Part shown: positions 14,479-27,084 of the stretch, piece after piece
How the letters are laid out: each line of letters begins with the position of its first letter
Position numbering within the stretch: the stretch's first letter is position 1
DNA from: Octopus vulgaris
Taxonomy: Eukaryota
DNA: 64,000 nucleotides
Direction of reading: 5' to 3'
NCBI GenBank assembly: GCA_951406725.2
Contig: OX597824.1
Coordinates: 60,202,001-60,266,000, forward strand
The notes under the pieces: model-generated
Told to the model about the DNA's origin: nothing
Databases searched by the model: none
The model's input: the letters and a program-made list of their open reading frames with translations, nothing else
Made by a program: the position numbers and the translations under genes

Positions 14479-15004
14479 CAGGGTTGGGATAACTTTTTAG
14501 TGTGGCAGGCAAAAATTTCCTAAGAAAAAGGTGTGCAGGCTGGTCACAAGTTCTAACTCTTATATCTGTGTAAATCTTGTATATATATCAATTATATATA
14601 TCTATGTATATATATCTTGTATATATATCTATTCGATATACATTAGTAAAGATAAGTTTAACACATAAAATTAACACATAGCATCTTCATTAACACCACC
14701 AATGAATTTTGGACATTTATATTTTATATTTTTCAGCTAGTGTAGTTGGGTCTCAAGTAGGTGTTACTAACATAGCAACATGTTTTATTGTGATAAAAAA
14801 ATTTCCATTCAAATGGCAATTACCAGACGATTTCTATTCAAATGTGACCCTTTTAAGTCATAGTGGAAATGTGACCTGTATCGCAAAAAGGCATACAACT
14901 ATTGTATAAATTTTGTAATTGAAAAATTGACTACATTTTGTACAAATAAGTATATCAGCCTGCAGGCGCAACTGTGCCTGCAGGTGAGGTTTTACCCACC
15001 CTTG
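14479..15004. mobile_element. hAT-type MITE
   Basis: Ends cagggttgggataac / tttacccacccttg, with subterminal gcctgcagg repeats. Confidence 0.55.
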
Positions 15005-15039
15005 AGCTATCTGTTAGACTTGCAAGGCCCATCTTCCAA

Positions 15040-16161
15040 AATTCACTTGTCTGTGATGAAAAATACTCCTCCAGTGCTGTTCTGACCTAATCTACAAAAT
15101 TCATATTTTTTCCGTCCAAATGGTTTTAAATTCTGCGGAATAAATGATAATCAGATGGGGCAATGTCCAGCGAATATGGTGGGTGAGGCATTGTTTCCCA
15201 TTCAGTCTGCTCCAGCCTTTGGAATGTCATCTTCGCTATATGTAACTGAGCATTACCCTGATAGAAGAACGCCTTCTGTCTTAATGGCTGTTTTTCTTCT
15301 AACGCTGACTTAAGTCACTCAAGTTGCTTGCAGTAGATCTCCTTTGTTATTGCTTGGTTTGGGTTTAAAAGTTCAAAATGGACTAAACCTTTCACATCCC
15401 ACCAAACAGATAACAACACCTTACATGGGTGAAGACCTTCTTTAAACTGGAGTGCCGATATTTCTCCTTTACCTACCCACTGTCTTCGGCTCTTGACATT
15501 TTTATAGAGAACCCATTTCTTGTCAGTAGTCACTATTTGGTCCCCAAACCGTTTCTTAGTGAGATGTGACAGCAAAGAAGAGCACACATTCACTCTCTGC
15601 ATGCGATCAGACTCGGAAAGTTCATGAGGATCCCATTTACCTAATTTACTGATTTTTCTGATGGCACACACGTGTCGATGAATGGTTGAATGACCAAACC
15701 CAAGCTTCTCTTTTAGTTCCTCAACAGTTATGAAGAGATTTTGTTCCATCAGGTTTTGCAGGATGTCCTCGTCAAGCTCTACAGATCCCAGGACAAGGCT
15801 CATTTTCCAGCCTGTAGTTTCCAGCTCAGAATTTCTGAAACCACTGTTGACACTTGCCTACGCTTAATGTCCGGTCTCCATATACTGCATTAACATTCAT
15901 CACACTTTCCGTTGCATTGTTGCCTTTATTGAACTCATAAAGCAAAATATGCCGAATATGTTCTTTTGTCACTTCTATTATAGCTTTGAAAAAATAACTG
16001 TTAAAATTGAACTGCACTCTTCAAAACTTGCACTAAGAATAGGGACATGGTAAAATTACTACCTGCTTTTATGCATGTTGATGCAGGTAGTTTATCCTGT
16101 CCCCTTCCAACTTAAAATTCATGCATTTGAGAAAAAATGCATTATTTATGGGATGACCCAA
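15040..16161 (-). mobile_element. Degenerate mariner transposon (second family)
   Basis: HIRHILLYEFNKG, WDPHELS (WVPHEL motif), IVTTDKKWVLY, and a PYSLDIAPSDYHLF-like segment near 15135-15185. End ttatttatgggatgacccaa-ta. Confidence 0.9.
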
Positions 16162-16197
16162 TATATATACTGATAAACCATTCAGCAATGCAGTAGT

Positions 16198-16243
16198 CAT
16201 TACTGATGAGCTTTTAATTTTTAGGCAAAACTAGTCAAGTATA
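16198..16243 (+). ncRNA. Degenerate type I hammerhead ribozyme motif
   Basis: catta-CTGATGA-gctt..aggc-aAAA-ctag-TC-aagta. The sister copy near 14088 reads GAAA-caag-TC-tagtg, which restores GAAA and the stem I pairing catta/tagtg. Confidence 0.55.
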
Positions 16244-16536
16244 GCGATCTAGCTTCACTTATGGGGCAGTTATCTTCCCTGTCAATATAGGAAAAATGTG
16301 CTTTCTTGCAGCTATAAGCATTTTAACTCTTATTTCTAGCAATTTAGGTGCTACCTGGCACCCTTGGACACAATGAGTGACAATTTAATTTATATCCTTT
16401 TTGGTTTTTTTATTGTATATAGCTGCTTTCGTTATTGTATATATATATATATATATATCCTTGTGTGTGTGTGTGTGAGTGTGTGTGTGTGTGTGTGTAT
16501 GTGAATGAGTCTTTTTGTGTGTGTTTGTCCTCTACT

Positions 16537-17174
16537 ATCTGCATATTCCACATCTAAGAACTAGAAGACCTTCGACATCTCCTTATTAATGTTATTTTTC
16601 CCGGACATTTTCCTGTGGATATTCCTCCTACTAAAAAGAAGAAATATTTCAACAAGACAATGAAAAATTTGTGCAAAGAAATGAGACAGTAGCAGAATAA
16701 AAATTCATAAACACTGTCAATATTTGTACCCAATCTATAATGTTCCCCTATGTGTAACACCATGTTTCCAAAATTACCATACCAAATAAATAATGCCTGT
16801 TTATTGCAAATAAAGTATGTTTATCTTCGTGTTCTTTTTTACTCCTTTTTCTTTCTTATAATTATAATCAGAATATATGTGTATTAAGAAAAAAATGCGA
16901 TGTTTCATGATTGCGTCAACAGGTTTTTATTGTGTATCATCTAATAACATATGATATTAAATAGCAGAATGTTTTCAGCAATAACAAACATCAGAAAGTA
17001 TTCATTCTAAGTAAAAAAAAAAAGAATACGATTCAAAGTAAAACACATACTGAGAAATAATTAATCTGGGAAGGGGTTAAAGCTAGCCCAGATATCTTCA
17101 AAGGAACAGGTTTTCAATGAAAACTCTGTACACTGCAATGAAGCCCTTAGAAAATACAGTTTTAACATGAAGTA
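16537..17174 (+). mobile_element. piggyBac 3' fragment plus ~95 bp of flank
   Basis: GHFPVDIPPTKKKK..NVPLCVTPCFQNYHTK* (piggyBac Cys-rich C-terminus, frameshifted); terminus gggaagggg|TTAA at 17077-17080. Confidence 0.75.
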
Positions 17175-17366
17175 CCATGGGTTGACAAATGGTGTTGGTT
17201 TGCTTACATCCCAGTAACTTAGCAGTTTGTGTAGAAGAGACCAGTAGAATAAGTACCATGCTTAAAATTAAATACTGGGGTTGATTCATTTGACTAAATC
17301 CATTAAGGTGATATCCAAGCATGCTTGTAGTCTTGTGACTGAAACAATTAAAAGCTAAAAGATATA

Positions 17367-19690
17367 TCATCATCGTCGTTTAACGTCCGTTTTCCATGCT
17401 AGCATGGGTTGGACGGTTCAACTGGGGTCTGGGAAGCCAGAAGGCTGCGCCTTGCCCAGTCTGATCTGGCAGTGTTTCTACAGCTGGATGCCCTTCCTAA
17501 CGCCAACTACTCCATGAGTGTAGTGGGTGCTTTTTACATGCCACCTGCACAGGTGCCAGACAAGGCTGGCAATGGCCACGATCGGATGGTGCATCTTTCG
17601 TGCCACCAGCACGGAGGCCAGTCGGGGCAGCGCTGGCAACGGCCACGTTCGGATGGTTCTCTTATGTGCCATTGGCACTGGTATCACGGCTACAATTTCC
17701 ATTGATGTTGATCGATTTCGATTTTGATTTTCATTTTCGTTTTCACTTGCCTCAACAGGTCTTCATAAGTAGGGTTTGTGTCACAAGAAGGAAAGGTATA
17801 CATAAGTGAGCTGGCTACGTCCCAGGTAGAGGCCATGGGTTATGGTCTCACTTGTCCTGCCGGGTCTTCCCACGCACAGCATACTTCCAAAGGTCTCGGT
17901 CTCTGGTCATTTCCTCGGTGAGACCTAATGTTCAAAGGTCGTGCTTCACCACCTCATCCCAGGTTTTCCTGGGTCTACCTCTTCCACAGGTTCCCTCAAC
18001 CGCTAGGGATTGGCACTTTTTCACACAACTATCTTCATCCATTCTCACTACAACCATACCAGCGCAAACGTCTCTCTTGCACACCACAACTGATGCTTCT
18101 TAGGTCCAACTTTTCTCTCAAGGTACTTACACTCTGTCGAATATGAATACTGACATTACACATCCATCGGAGTATACTGGCTTCATTTCTTGCGAGCTTA
18201 CGCATGTCCTCAGCAGTCACAGCCCAAGTTTCACTGCCATGTAGCATGGCTGTTCATACACATACGTCATACAGTCTGCCTTTTATTCTGAGCGAGAGGT
18301 CTTTTGTTGCCAGCAGAGGTAAGAGCTCTCTGAACTTTGCCCAAGCTATTCTTACTCTAGCAGTTACACTTTCAGCACACCTGCCCCAGCTACTGACTTG
18401 GTCACCTAGGTAACGGAAGCTATCAACAATTTCTAGTTTTTCTCCCTGGAATATGGCGGAAGTTGGTCTCTGAGCATTTTCAGTGTTTATTGCTCCTGAG
18501 CATCTGCCACGTACAAAAACTATCTTCCTAGTTAGCCTTCCTTTGACATTGCTGTACCTCTTATGTGTCCATAGCTTACACTTGGTACATCTTATAGAGT
18601 TTTTACCTACGCCTTTTCTACAGATCGAGCAGGGCCATCTACCTGAAGGCGTTTGTGATTTGTCTACCTTCCTACTGATTACGACTTTGGTTTTAGCTAG
18701 ATTGACTCTGAGGCCCTTCGATTCTAATCCTTGTTTCCACACCTGAAACTTCTCCTCCAGTTCTGATAGTGACTCAGCAATTAGAGCAAGGTCATCAGCA
18801 TATAGGAACTCCCAGGGGCATCCTGTCTTGAATTCCTCCGTTATTGCCTGGAGGACTATGATAAATAGGAGGGGGCTGAGTACTGAGCCTTGGTGGACCC
18901 CTACCTCTACCTGGAATTCTTCACTGTACTCGTTTCCAACCCTCACCCTACTAGCAGCGTCCCTATACATGGCCCGCACAGCTCTCACTAACCATTCACC
19001 TATCCCTAGTTTCCTCATTGCCCACCAGATAAGGGATTGGGGGACCCTGTTGAAGGCTTTCTCCATGTCAACAAAAGCCAGGTACAGGGGCTTATCTTTG
19101 GCTAGGTATTTCTCCTGCAGCTGCCTTACCAGGAATATAGCATCAGTAGTACTTTTCCCTGGCACAAACCCAAACTGCATCTCATCTAAACTAACTCTCT
19201 CTCTAATTAGTTGGGCTATGACCCTCTCCGTAACCTTCATCACCTGATCCAACAGCTTGATACCTCTGTAGTTATTTGTATCTAGGGCGTCACCTTTACC
19301 TTTGTAGCAGTTGACTATTATGCTGCTACACCAGTCATTGGGTATGACTCCTTTGTGTATCACCTGATTAACTATACAGGTGACTAGGCTATAGCCGACA
19401 CTACCAGACATTTTGAGCATCTCTGCAGTGATTCCTGATGGGCCTGGGGCTTTCCCTGTCTTCATGCTTCTAATTGCCTTAGCTACCACGGAACTATCAA
19501 CTCGAATAGCTGGTCCCTCTGTTGGGTCAACATTCGGCAGACTCTCTTTATCCCATTCACTTTCTTTATTCAGCAACCTTTCATAGTGGCATCTCCAAAC
19601 CTCTCTCTTTGCAACCTCATTTAGCGCAAGTGAACCATCTTCCATGCGAACACACTTCTCTCCTACCACATCACGATTCTCTCTCACACA
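17367..19690 (-). mobile_element. 5'-truncated RTE-clade LINE with a long open RT frame (18254-19690), 3' UTR and (GAT)n tail
   Basis: KAPGPSG, NYRGIKLL, QFGFVPGKSTTDAIF, FVDMEKAF, GVHQGSVLSP, LYADD, FRYLG; continues after a frameshift as MLHGSETW..LRWYG. Confidence 0.95.
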
Positions 19691-19922
19691 TATATAAAAC
19701 TTAATCATCACTAAGCGATGAGCATTAGAAGAGCATTAGTGTATATATTAGTATGAACTGTTCAAGCAGTCACCACTGACAATGTCTACAGTATAAATGA
19801 AACAAGGCCCAGATGAATATGGTACTTAATTTGAGGCTCTAGAATTTAGTATGGTATTATCCATACAATTTCAAAGTAAGGTGATTAAAATCAAAATAAG
19901 CAACAAGGATATCCAGAGGTAA

Positions 19923-20007
19923 TGCATATGATAGTTTCATGCAACTCCATTTAATTGAACAAGGCAAGCATTACATCAAATTAAAATGTAGAGCAATCTT
20001 CAGCTGC
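19923..20007 (-). ncRNA. Decayed inverted copy of the 20214 hammerhead
   Basis: Minus strand reads tgcag-CTGAAGA-ttgctc..gttgcat-GAAA-ctatca-TA-tgca. Confidence 0.55.
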
Positions 20008-20213
20008 ACAAAGACAGAATTTAATTAAATTAGAACTGACCCCATAAAGACAAGAAAATCAGTGGCATCCAGAGTCTTCTTGCTAATTTTAGCATCCTCT
20101 ATGTTGAAGTAGAGACAACATGTTCTTTGTCTATCTCCTTAACTTCTTGGAGATTTTAGGTATAATTATACTAATGTGTCCATCTGTTCTAATTTAATTA
20201 AATTCTGTGTTTG

Positions 20214-20300
20214 TGCAGCTGAAGATTGCTCTACATTTTAAATTGATGTAATGATTGTATTGTTCAATTAAATGGAGTTGCATGAAATGATCGTACTGCA
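20214..20300 (+). ncRNA. Type I hammerhead ribozyme motif with extended stem II
   Basis: tgcag-CTGAAGA-ttgctc..ggagttgcat-GAAA-tgatcg-TA-ctgca. Perfect 5-bp stem I, intact core, near-palindromic stem III. Confidence 0.75.
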
Positions 20301-22237
20301 TTACCTCTGGATATCCTTGTTGCTTATGTTGATATATATATATATATATATCTTATGTCATAATAATAATAATATTAGGGAGTATATATATTCAATTCTT
20401 TGTCTCTCTGCCTGTTACCTATGTATTCTCAAACGGCTCCACGAAATCAAATCAAATTTTACAAGGTGTCAACATGGAATTTATATTTTCATTTGGATTG
20501 AAACAATATAACATTTTCTTGAAAGTTAGCTTTCTATAGTCAACTATAGTAACGGACATTTTATACGACGACGATGTCACATTTTGTATATGAGCGTATG
20601 AATCTGTGTGTGTTCATGTGTTCATTATGTATGAGATAGTAAAGGACATTTTATATGATGACGATGACAACGACAACACGTCTCTATCATTCTCTCTTCA
20701 TTCTGTCACCCAGTCTGTCTGGTGTTGGGTACCAAAAAAATTATTACAGCTACTTTCATTATTTACAATCTTCTGTACTGGTGTATTTGTGTATCAGTAA
20801 ATAACCATGGGTAAATATTTCGTAAAGGACCCATTTGTACCTCGGTGTGAAATAATTTTTGGTAATTGTTCAGTTTGGGGATATCAAAAAAGTAAATAAA
20901 AATTAAGGGGGAGATAACCTGTAAAGGAACATAAATAAGTCAACTTACTGTTAACATGAATACTGTAGCGAGATAACATGGCGAATTACAATTTTTGCAC
21001 GTGTATAAATTCATAATTAGTTGACGCTATGCCAACCACTGAAGAATCTTGTCATGATTTGGCTAATTGGGTGATATTTCAAGATTCCTCTAAGATTGAT
21101 TCACAGTTGAGGATTTCAGTTTTAGGAACAATGAATTGCAATCCCACTGGTCTTCCACTTGTCATTCTGATCACTTTCAACAAGAAGTTGACTTATGTCT
21201 CTTTATGAGTTATCTCCCCCTTAATTTTTATTTACTTTTTAATATCCCTAAACTGAACAATGACCTAATTTTTTCCACAAATTCTTTTGAGACACTTTTT
21301 CCAGAAAAGAAAGTGGGAGAAGTGGTTAGAAATTTATTTCTAAGTGAAATATTGGCAGGTTCTTTATCACAAATAGCTGTTACATGGTAGTAGGGTGTGC
21401 TGGAAATAGTAGCCAAATCTTTCCTTTTCTGGGGTGGGGGAGGAACTGTTTATGAGTGATTTCGATGTCACATTCATTGAAAGTATGCAAAATAACCTGG
21501 AAAAGTAAAACATAAACCCGTGAAACAAAACTCCATTGGTAGGGAGACTGAGAGGTCCCCACCAACCCTCCTTACTTTTCTGGAAAAAAGTGGCTTGTGG
21601 CAGGTTTGGAGGTCAGATATGTTAAATGCACTTGAAAAACTCATGGAAAAAAATTATTTCACACCAAGATACAAGCAGGTCCTTTACAAAATATTTACGA
21701 AGCCCCTTGTATATATCATCATCATCATCATCATTTAACATCTGTTCTATATGCTGGCATGGGTTGTTTGGTTTGACCAGGGCTGGTAAGCTGAGGTGCT
21801 GCATCAGACTTCATCTGATTTGGCATGGTTTCTTTGGCTGGATGCCTTTCCTAATGCTAACCCTTCCAAGAGTGTAATGGGTGCATTTACATGTCACCAG
21901 CGTGGGTGCCTGTTGTATCACACTAGTATCAGCTACAACTATGATTTTACTTGGCTTGATGGGTCTTCTCAAGCACGGCACATTGCCAATGGTCTCAGTC
22001 GTTTGTCATGCCTCTGTGAGACCCAGTACTTGAAAAGTGCTGTTTACATACCACCATGGCCATGCTGAGGAACTGCTTTAAAGAAGTTTTAGTCAAATTT
22101 GTCAACCCCAATACTTATTTTCTTTTTAAGCCTGGTACTTATATTATTGGTCACTTTGCTGATCCTCAAAATTACAAGGACATAAACACACCTGCACCAG
22201 TTGTCAAGTAGTGGTAGTCAGACAAACATAGATACAA

Positions 22238-22277
<40 letters not shown>

Positions 22278-22469
22278 GTATATGTTTGATGGGCTTCTTT
22301 CAGTTTCCACTTACCAAATCCACTCACAAGGCAATAGTAAAAGACATTTGCCCAAGGTGCCATATAATGGGACTGAACCTGAAACCATGTGGTTGGGAAG
22401 GAAGCTTCTTAACCGCACAGTCATGTGTTGTACACATTCTCAGTTAACTGAATTATTTTTAAACTCACT

Positions 22470-22865
22470 GTAGAATGTATAAGTATCTTCTAAGGGCCAG
22501 GTATTTAATGAGAGTGAAGTTGCTGTTTTTTTCTCTTGGAATTAGAAAACACATTTGATTACAGACTAAATCTTTATTTAACTGTTAAGCTTATGTATAC
22601 AGAGGAAAAATTGGTATTAACCAATTTTCTACCTTAGAATGGATATAGATTGGTGTTTATACAGTTATAGTTGAGTGAGTTTTGTTGGATCAGCTGAATT
22701 TTGTAATTTTGAGTCTCCTGTGGTAATTTATTTAGAGAATATTGTAGGTTTTAGTGTAAAAGATTTTTGTGTATTTTTTATTCTTTAGTTTATATTTGTA
22801 GTTGGTTGGCAAATGTTTGTCTAATAGTCTAAAAAGGTATTTAGCTGTGAGTGTAATATGTAAAT
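22470..22865 (-). mobile_element. Penelope-like element relic (linker plus GIY-YIG endonuclease)
   Basis: KYLFRLLDKHLPTNYKY (compare FL.LIDKHFP), then a decayed YNC..YP, VYISLT (YIG-like), and ATSLS..W. Confidence 0.55.
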
Positions 22866-23379
22866 TCAAGGGCCTTGTTTCAGGCGTGTACCAGGGAACA
22901 GGTTCTCTCCTTGACACTTTTTCAGGAATAGGGAACAAACCATCTTTTGTCCCCACTACTTTTTCCCAATTAAAAAACAAAGTACCTCTGTCAATATAGG
23001 TGGCATGTAGCATAGTGTCAAACCGGTGCAGGAGGAGCTAAAAAATCTACACAGTGAAGAAAAATTCCAGTTCAATACAGCAGAAAAAAAATTATTTATC
23101 AACTCAATATTTCTCCTTTGGTGCTACCAAGGCAATGAAAACTTCCCAAAAGACACCAAGAAGGAAATGCATTAAAATATCAACACTGCACTGTTTTGGA
23201 TCATTACAGAGTGCAGTATTTGCAGGTAATAGATGCTGCAATCAGTGGCTCAGGAATTAAATTTGCTTAGTGGGTGCAAACTCAGGTTCAAACTTTTTAC
23301 AAAGATGGCCGATTTTTTTTCAATAAAACAAATGCAAGTATAATAATATTTTGCATTATCATATATGGAAAAGTAATGC

Positions 23380-24200
23380 TTCAAATCATTCCCCCAATTT
23401 TTCTATACTAGTTTGTTTAGGCGATGAAGTTTTCCAAGAGAAGGTCAAAGCGTTTTCCTTGCACAAGTTTGATGTACATGCATTATAGCACAGTGTATCA
23501 GATGATGTCGCATCATTGTGGTATGGAGTCAAGTCTTCAAACAGCGAAGTGTGCTGAATATTTTCTCATTTGATGCAACAGACACAGGCTTGCAACATGA
23601 TGGACATTCTCATCACAAAGGCTTGTCCATAGCGCTTTCAGAAGAATGGTGTTCTAGCAACAAAGTTCAATGCCTCAGTGACCAGGTCACCTGTAGATCC
23701 AACTTCTTGGAGGACAAAGTTCAGAAAGTGGTTTCTGCAGTATATAAAATGCATACCTGGTAACATGCCTTTTAATCTCTTTTGTATGCCTGAAATATTT
23801 CCACTCATGGTACATGCACCACTGAGGGTGAAAGCAGCATAATTTTGAGCCCAGAGAAATGTTTAGACAACAAAAAACATCCATAATAACCTTAGTCAGT
23901 GTCTCTGAAGTGTAGTCAGGAGGGTTATAAAAGCTAAGAACATCTCCATGGATATCCAAGTCTTCACAAACATAACGGACAATGATTGATTCTTATTCCA
24001 TGCCAGAACAATCACATATAACATCAATAATCATAGAATTTTCAATTATTTTTCTCATCTGATGTAGGGTGTTATGTGCATTAGCCTTTAGAATTTCATT
24101 ATGTATAGTATCAGATAGAAAATTAACTCGTTCAAACTGCTGACTTATTTCTGCACCACATTTCTTTGGAAAGTTCTTTTATGTGATTTACGAAGTTTCC
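23380..24200 (-). mobile_element. hAT (ZMYM1-like) transposase relic, N-terminal/central part
   Basis: DIHGDVLSFYNPPDYTSETLTKVIMDVFCCLNISL, followed by decayed DG..MSG and HC..H.LNL motifs. Confidence 0.65.
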
Positions 24201-24827
24201 AATGGTATGTGTTAACTTTCTCTTCAAAACTGGAACTCGTAACTTCTATCTTTTACTAAGGATATTCCTTGATCCTTCTACAATAGAACTACGAAATGCT
24301 ATTATCTTTTACTGAGGATTTTCTTAATTCTCTGATCATGAAAGTGCTAACCACTATTATTTTTCACTAAGTATGTTCTTTACTTCATTGATGAACTGGT
24401 AACTAATAATGTCCTTTATTAAAGATGTTCCTTAATTATTTCTCTCTGAAAATGAAATAGTTGGCTTACATGGAAAGCTTTGCTCAATGATATATGATCC
24501 ACATGTTCAGCTAACACCTTATTTACTATAACTACTCTGCAATTATGTTTGAATTATAGATTACATGCTCTAAAGTAATACCACATGTTTTACTTGTTCA
24601 TCTCCATTTCTAATATATATCTACCAGTTCAATGATGAACCATTTATAGCCATCTTTGATGAGCAGCTTCAAAAACACCTTTGTTTCAGCTGCTGCTCAA
24701 GCCAAAGTTTTAGTGGTAAACCAACCTGAGTACTTAGAATACAAATGTATCACATTATGTCATTAGATGAAATTTTTAAAATATGTATACATGTATATTT
24801 ATATATATACATATATACATACATGTA

Positions 24828-24879
<52 letters not shown>

Positions 24880-25194
24880 GACATATATGATGTACACACA
24901 CACACTCATGCATGTGCATGTGTATGTGTGTGTGTATACTACAACCTTCATTTCCGTTTACCAAATCCACTAAGAAGGCTTTGGTCAACCCAAGGCTATA
25001 CTAGAAGACACTTGCCCAAGGCGTCATGCAATGGGACTGAACTTGGAACCATGTAGTTGGGAGATTTCAGTTGTTGTAGGGCTGCAGCCATGGTGGAGCA
25101 CCACTTTTGTTTATTTTCTATCAGCTTTGTTGCCACTTTTATAACTGGAAGTATGGCTGATTGGTCCGATATTTTTGTTAGGAGTTTATCCAAT

Positions 25195-26060
25195 GTTTTC
25201 TTTCTCTTTTGTTTAATGTTTCAGTAGAGATTCCTTTGATATTTCTGGTTACTTTAGGCAGGCAGTTGAACAGCTGAGAACCTCTAAATATCAGACTCGT
25301 ACAGTAAAGTGATTTTGCTTGTGATTCCAAAGGTGGTATATTTGGAAGCTGACAATATCTAACAATTTGTGCATTAAAATTCTCTCTAATGCTGAAGTTT
25401 GGAACAGCATTCAATATAGTAGAGATGCAACACTTTCAAATATTCCTAGTAAAGGCTTTTAACTAAGATATTTTACTGATGAATGTTCTTCATAAACCTT
25501 CAGTTTCTTCTATGAGACCAAAGTTCTGAGCAGTAATCTAACTTGCTCAGAACTGAGGTTTTCCATAGTTTTCCATGGTTCTCTTGTCATGAAGGTTTGT
25601 AGAACCCATCCTATAAGATGTCTGCATTTAGAAGCTAGTTTGGTGATGTGGCTAATGAAAGATACATCATTTGACATGATTACACCTAAGTCCTGTATGT
25701 CATTAGTGCTCTGAATCATTGTGATTTGTATGTATTCCATCTGTCATGAAGAACCTGAAATTTTGTTGCATTAAATTTCATATTCTTTTAATCTACTCAT
25801 TGATAAATGATGTATATCTCATTTTGGAGTGTAACAGTATCATCTGGAGTTTGGATAGCCATTGATATTTTTGCATCATTGGCGTAACTCATTAGTTTGG
25901 ATGCATGCACTTCTGATAGGTTGATAATAAATAATAATAGTCCTAGAACCATTCCCTGAGGAATACCACTTATTACAGGTGACTTTGCAGACAGAAAACC
26001 ATTTCCAGCAACAGATTGTCTCCTACCATGTAGGAGGTCAAACAGCCATTTTCTGAGTTT
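25195..26060 (-). mobile_element. CR1/L2-group LINE RT fragment
   Basis: SGIPQGMVLG, SYANDAKI (YADD-like), DLGVIMSND, RGSQLFNCLPK. Confidence 0.8.
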
Positions 26061-26269
26061 TTATTTTATTTATTTTTATATTAGTTTTTATTTTGTGAAG
26101 AAACCTAACTTCAACTTTTTACAGATCAATACACTGTTTTCTAAGCCTGAGAATGGTATGTAGAGGGTGCAATATTGAATTTTGCACTCCCCACAAAATT
26201 TTAGGGGGTGCAATTGACCCCCACACACACACCCACACTGCACCCCCTGTTCCCATGACTGCCATAGCA

Positions 26270-26990
26270 AAGTTGAAAGATTATTTTTTTATCACAGAAT
26301 TTAGAGCAGATTATGGAAGACTGAGCAATATCTTACTCAATGAAAATTTTTGCGCTGAAGTGATCATGCAGTATCCAGAGCTTGGTGAATTTTCTTTAAA
26401 GAATGAAATACGTTTTTATAGAAATCATCATAGTGGATCATCGTAAAATATTCAGTGAAATGCAATGAGAAGTCCATCGCATGTTTCCAAATGTTGAGCA
26501 ATTGCTCAGATTACTTTTAGTTTCTATCCAGTTCCTGTGAAGCTAAAAGATCTTTTAGCACTCTGCGGACACTCAAAACTTGAGTGCAATCGACCATGAC
26601 TCAGCAAAGGTTGAATCATACTCTACTATGCCACATTCTTAGAGATGTTTTGGAAAAGATTAGTTGTGAGGAAGTTGCTAAATTATTCATTGATAGCTAT
26701 GATGTGAGATATGATACATTTGGAAAGTTCTAACAGATAATAAATTTACTTAATATTTTTTATTCAAACATCTGTTTAATTTTTTTGTTTATTTAATATG
26801 ATAAATTCTTTTGAAGCTTATTATTTTTATATCTGAACTTCATTTGAGTATATAAAATTTAATTAGCATAACATTTTACTTATGTGACAGAGTCCGGGAA
26901 AGGCACCATAAGCAATATTAACATGCTCCTTTAAAAATCAACAAATGTTGGTTTGTCCCCCTCACATTTTTAAGGCAATTGTGGCCCCTG
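26270..26990 (+). mobile_element. hAT transposase C-terminal dimerisation domain relic and right end
   Basis: MFPNVEQLLRLLLV..SSCEAKRSFSTLRTLKT*VQSTMTQQRLNH..FGKF*; terminus tgtggcccctg. Confidence 0.8.
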
Positions 26991-27084
26991 TGTAAATTGA
27001 AAGGTGAAGTGTACCAGAGATGTGTTCTTTTTTGTTTTTACTTCTTTTCAAGGGACTGGTTTAATTAGGAATATATTTTACTTC

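Larger units (their letters stand above)
19890..20333. repeat. Head-to-head inverted repeat (~150-bp arms, ~140-bp spacer) with a hammerhead in each arm
   Basis: ataagcaacaaggatatccagaggtaatgca.. versus ..tgcattacctctggatatccttgttgcttat. Confidence 0.9.

Noticed and set aside
18254-19711. Host gene or active LINE
   Set aside because: 5'-truncated (no APE domain), frameshifted near 18250, and the listed start lies outside the element.
20350-20810. Possible second Helitron/Helentron-like element
   Set aside because: Only a loose motif resemblance to 5706-5800; termini not identifiable.
21038-21095. CTGAAGA followed by an atcttg..caagat stem
   Set aside because: No GAAA, stem III or UH after the stem, so not a hammerhead.
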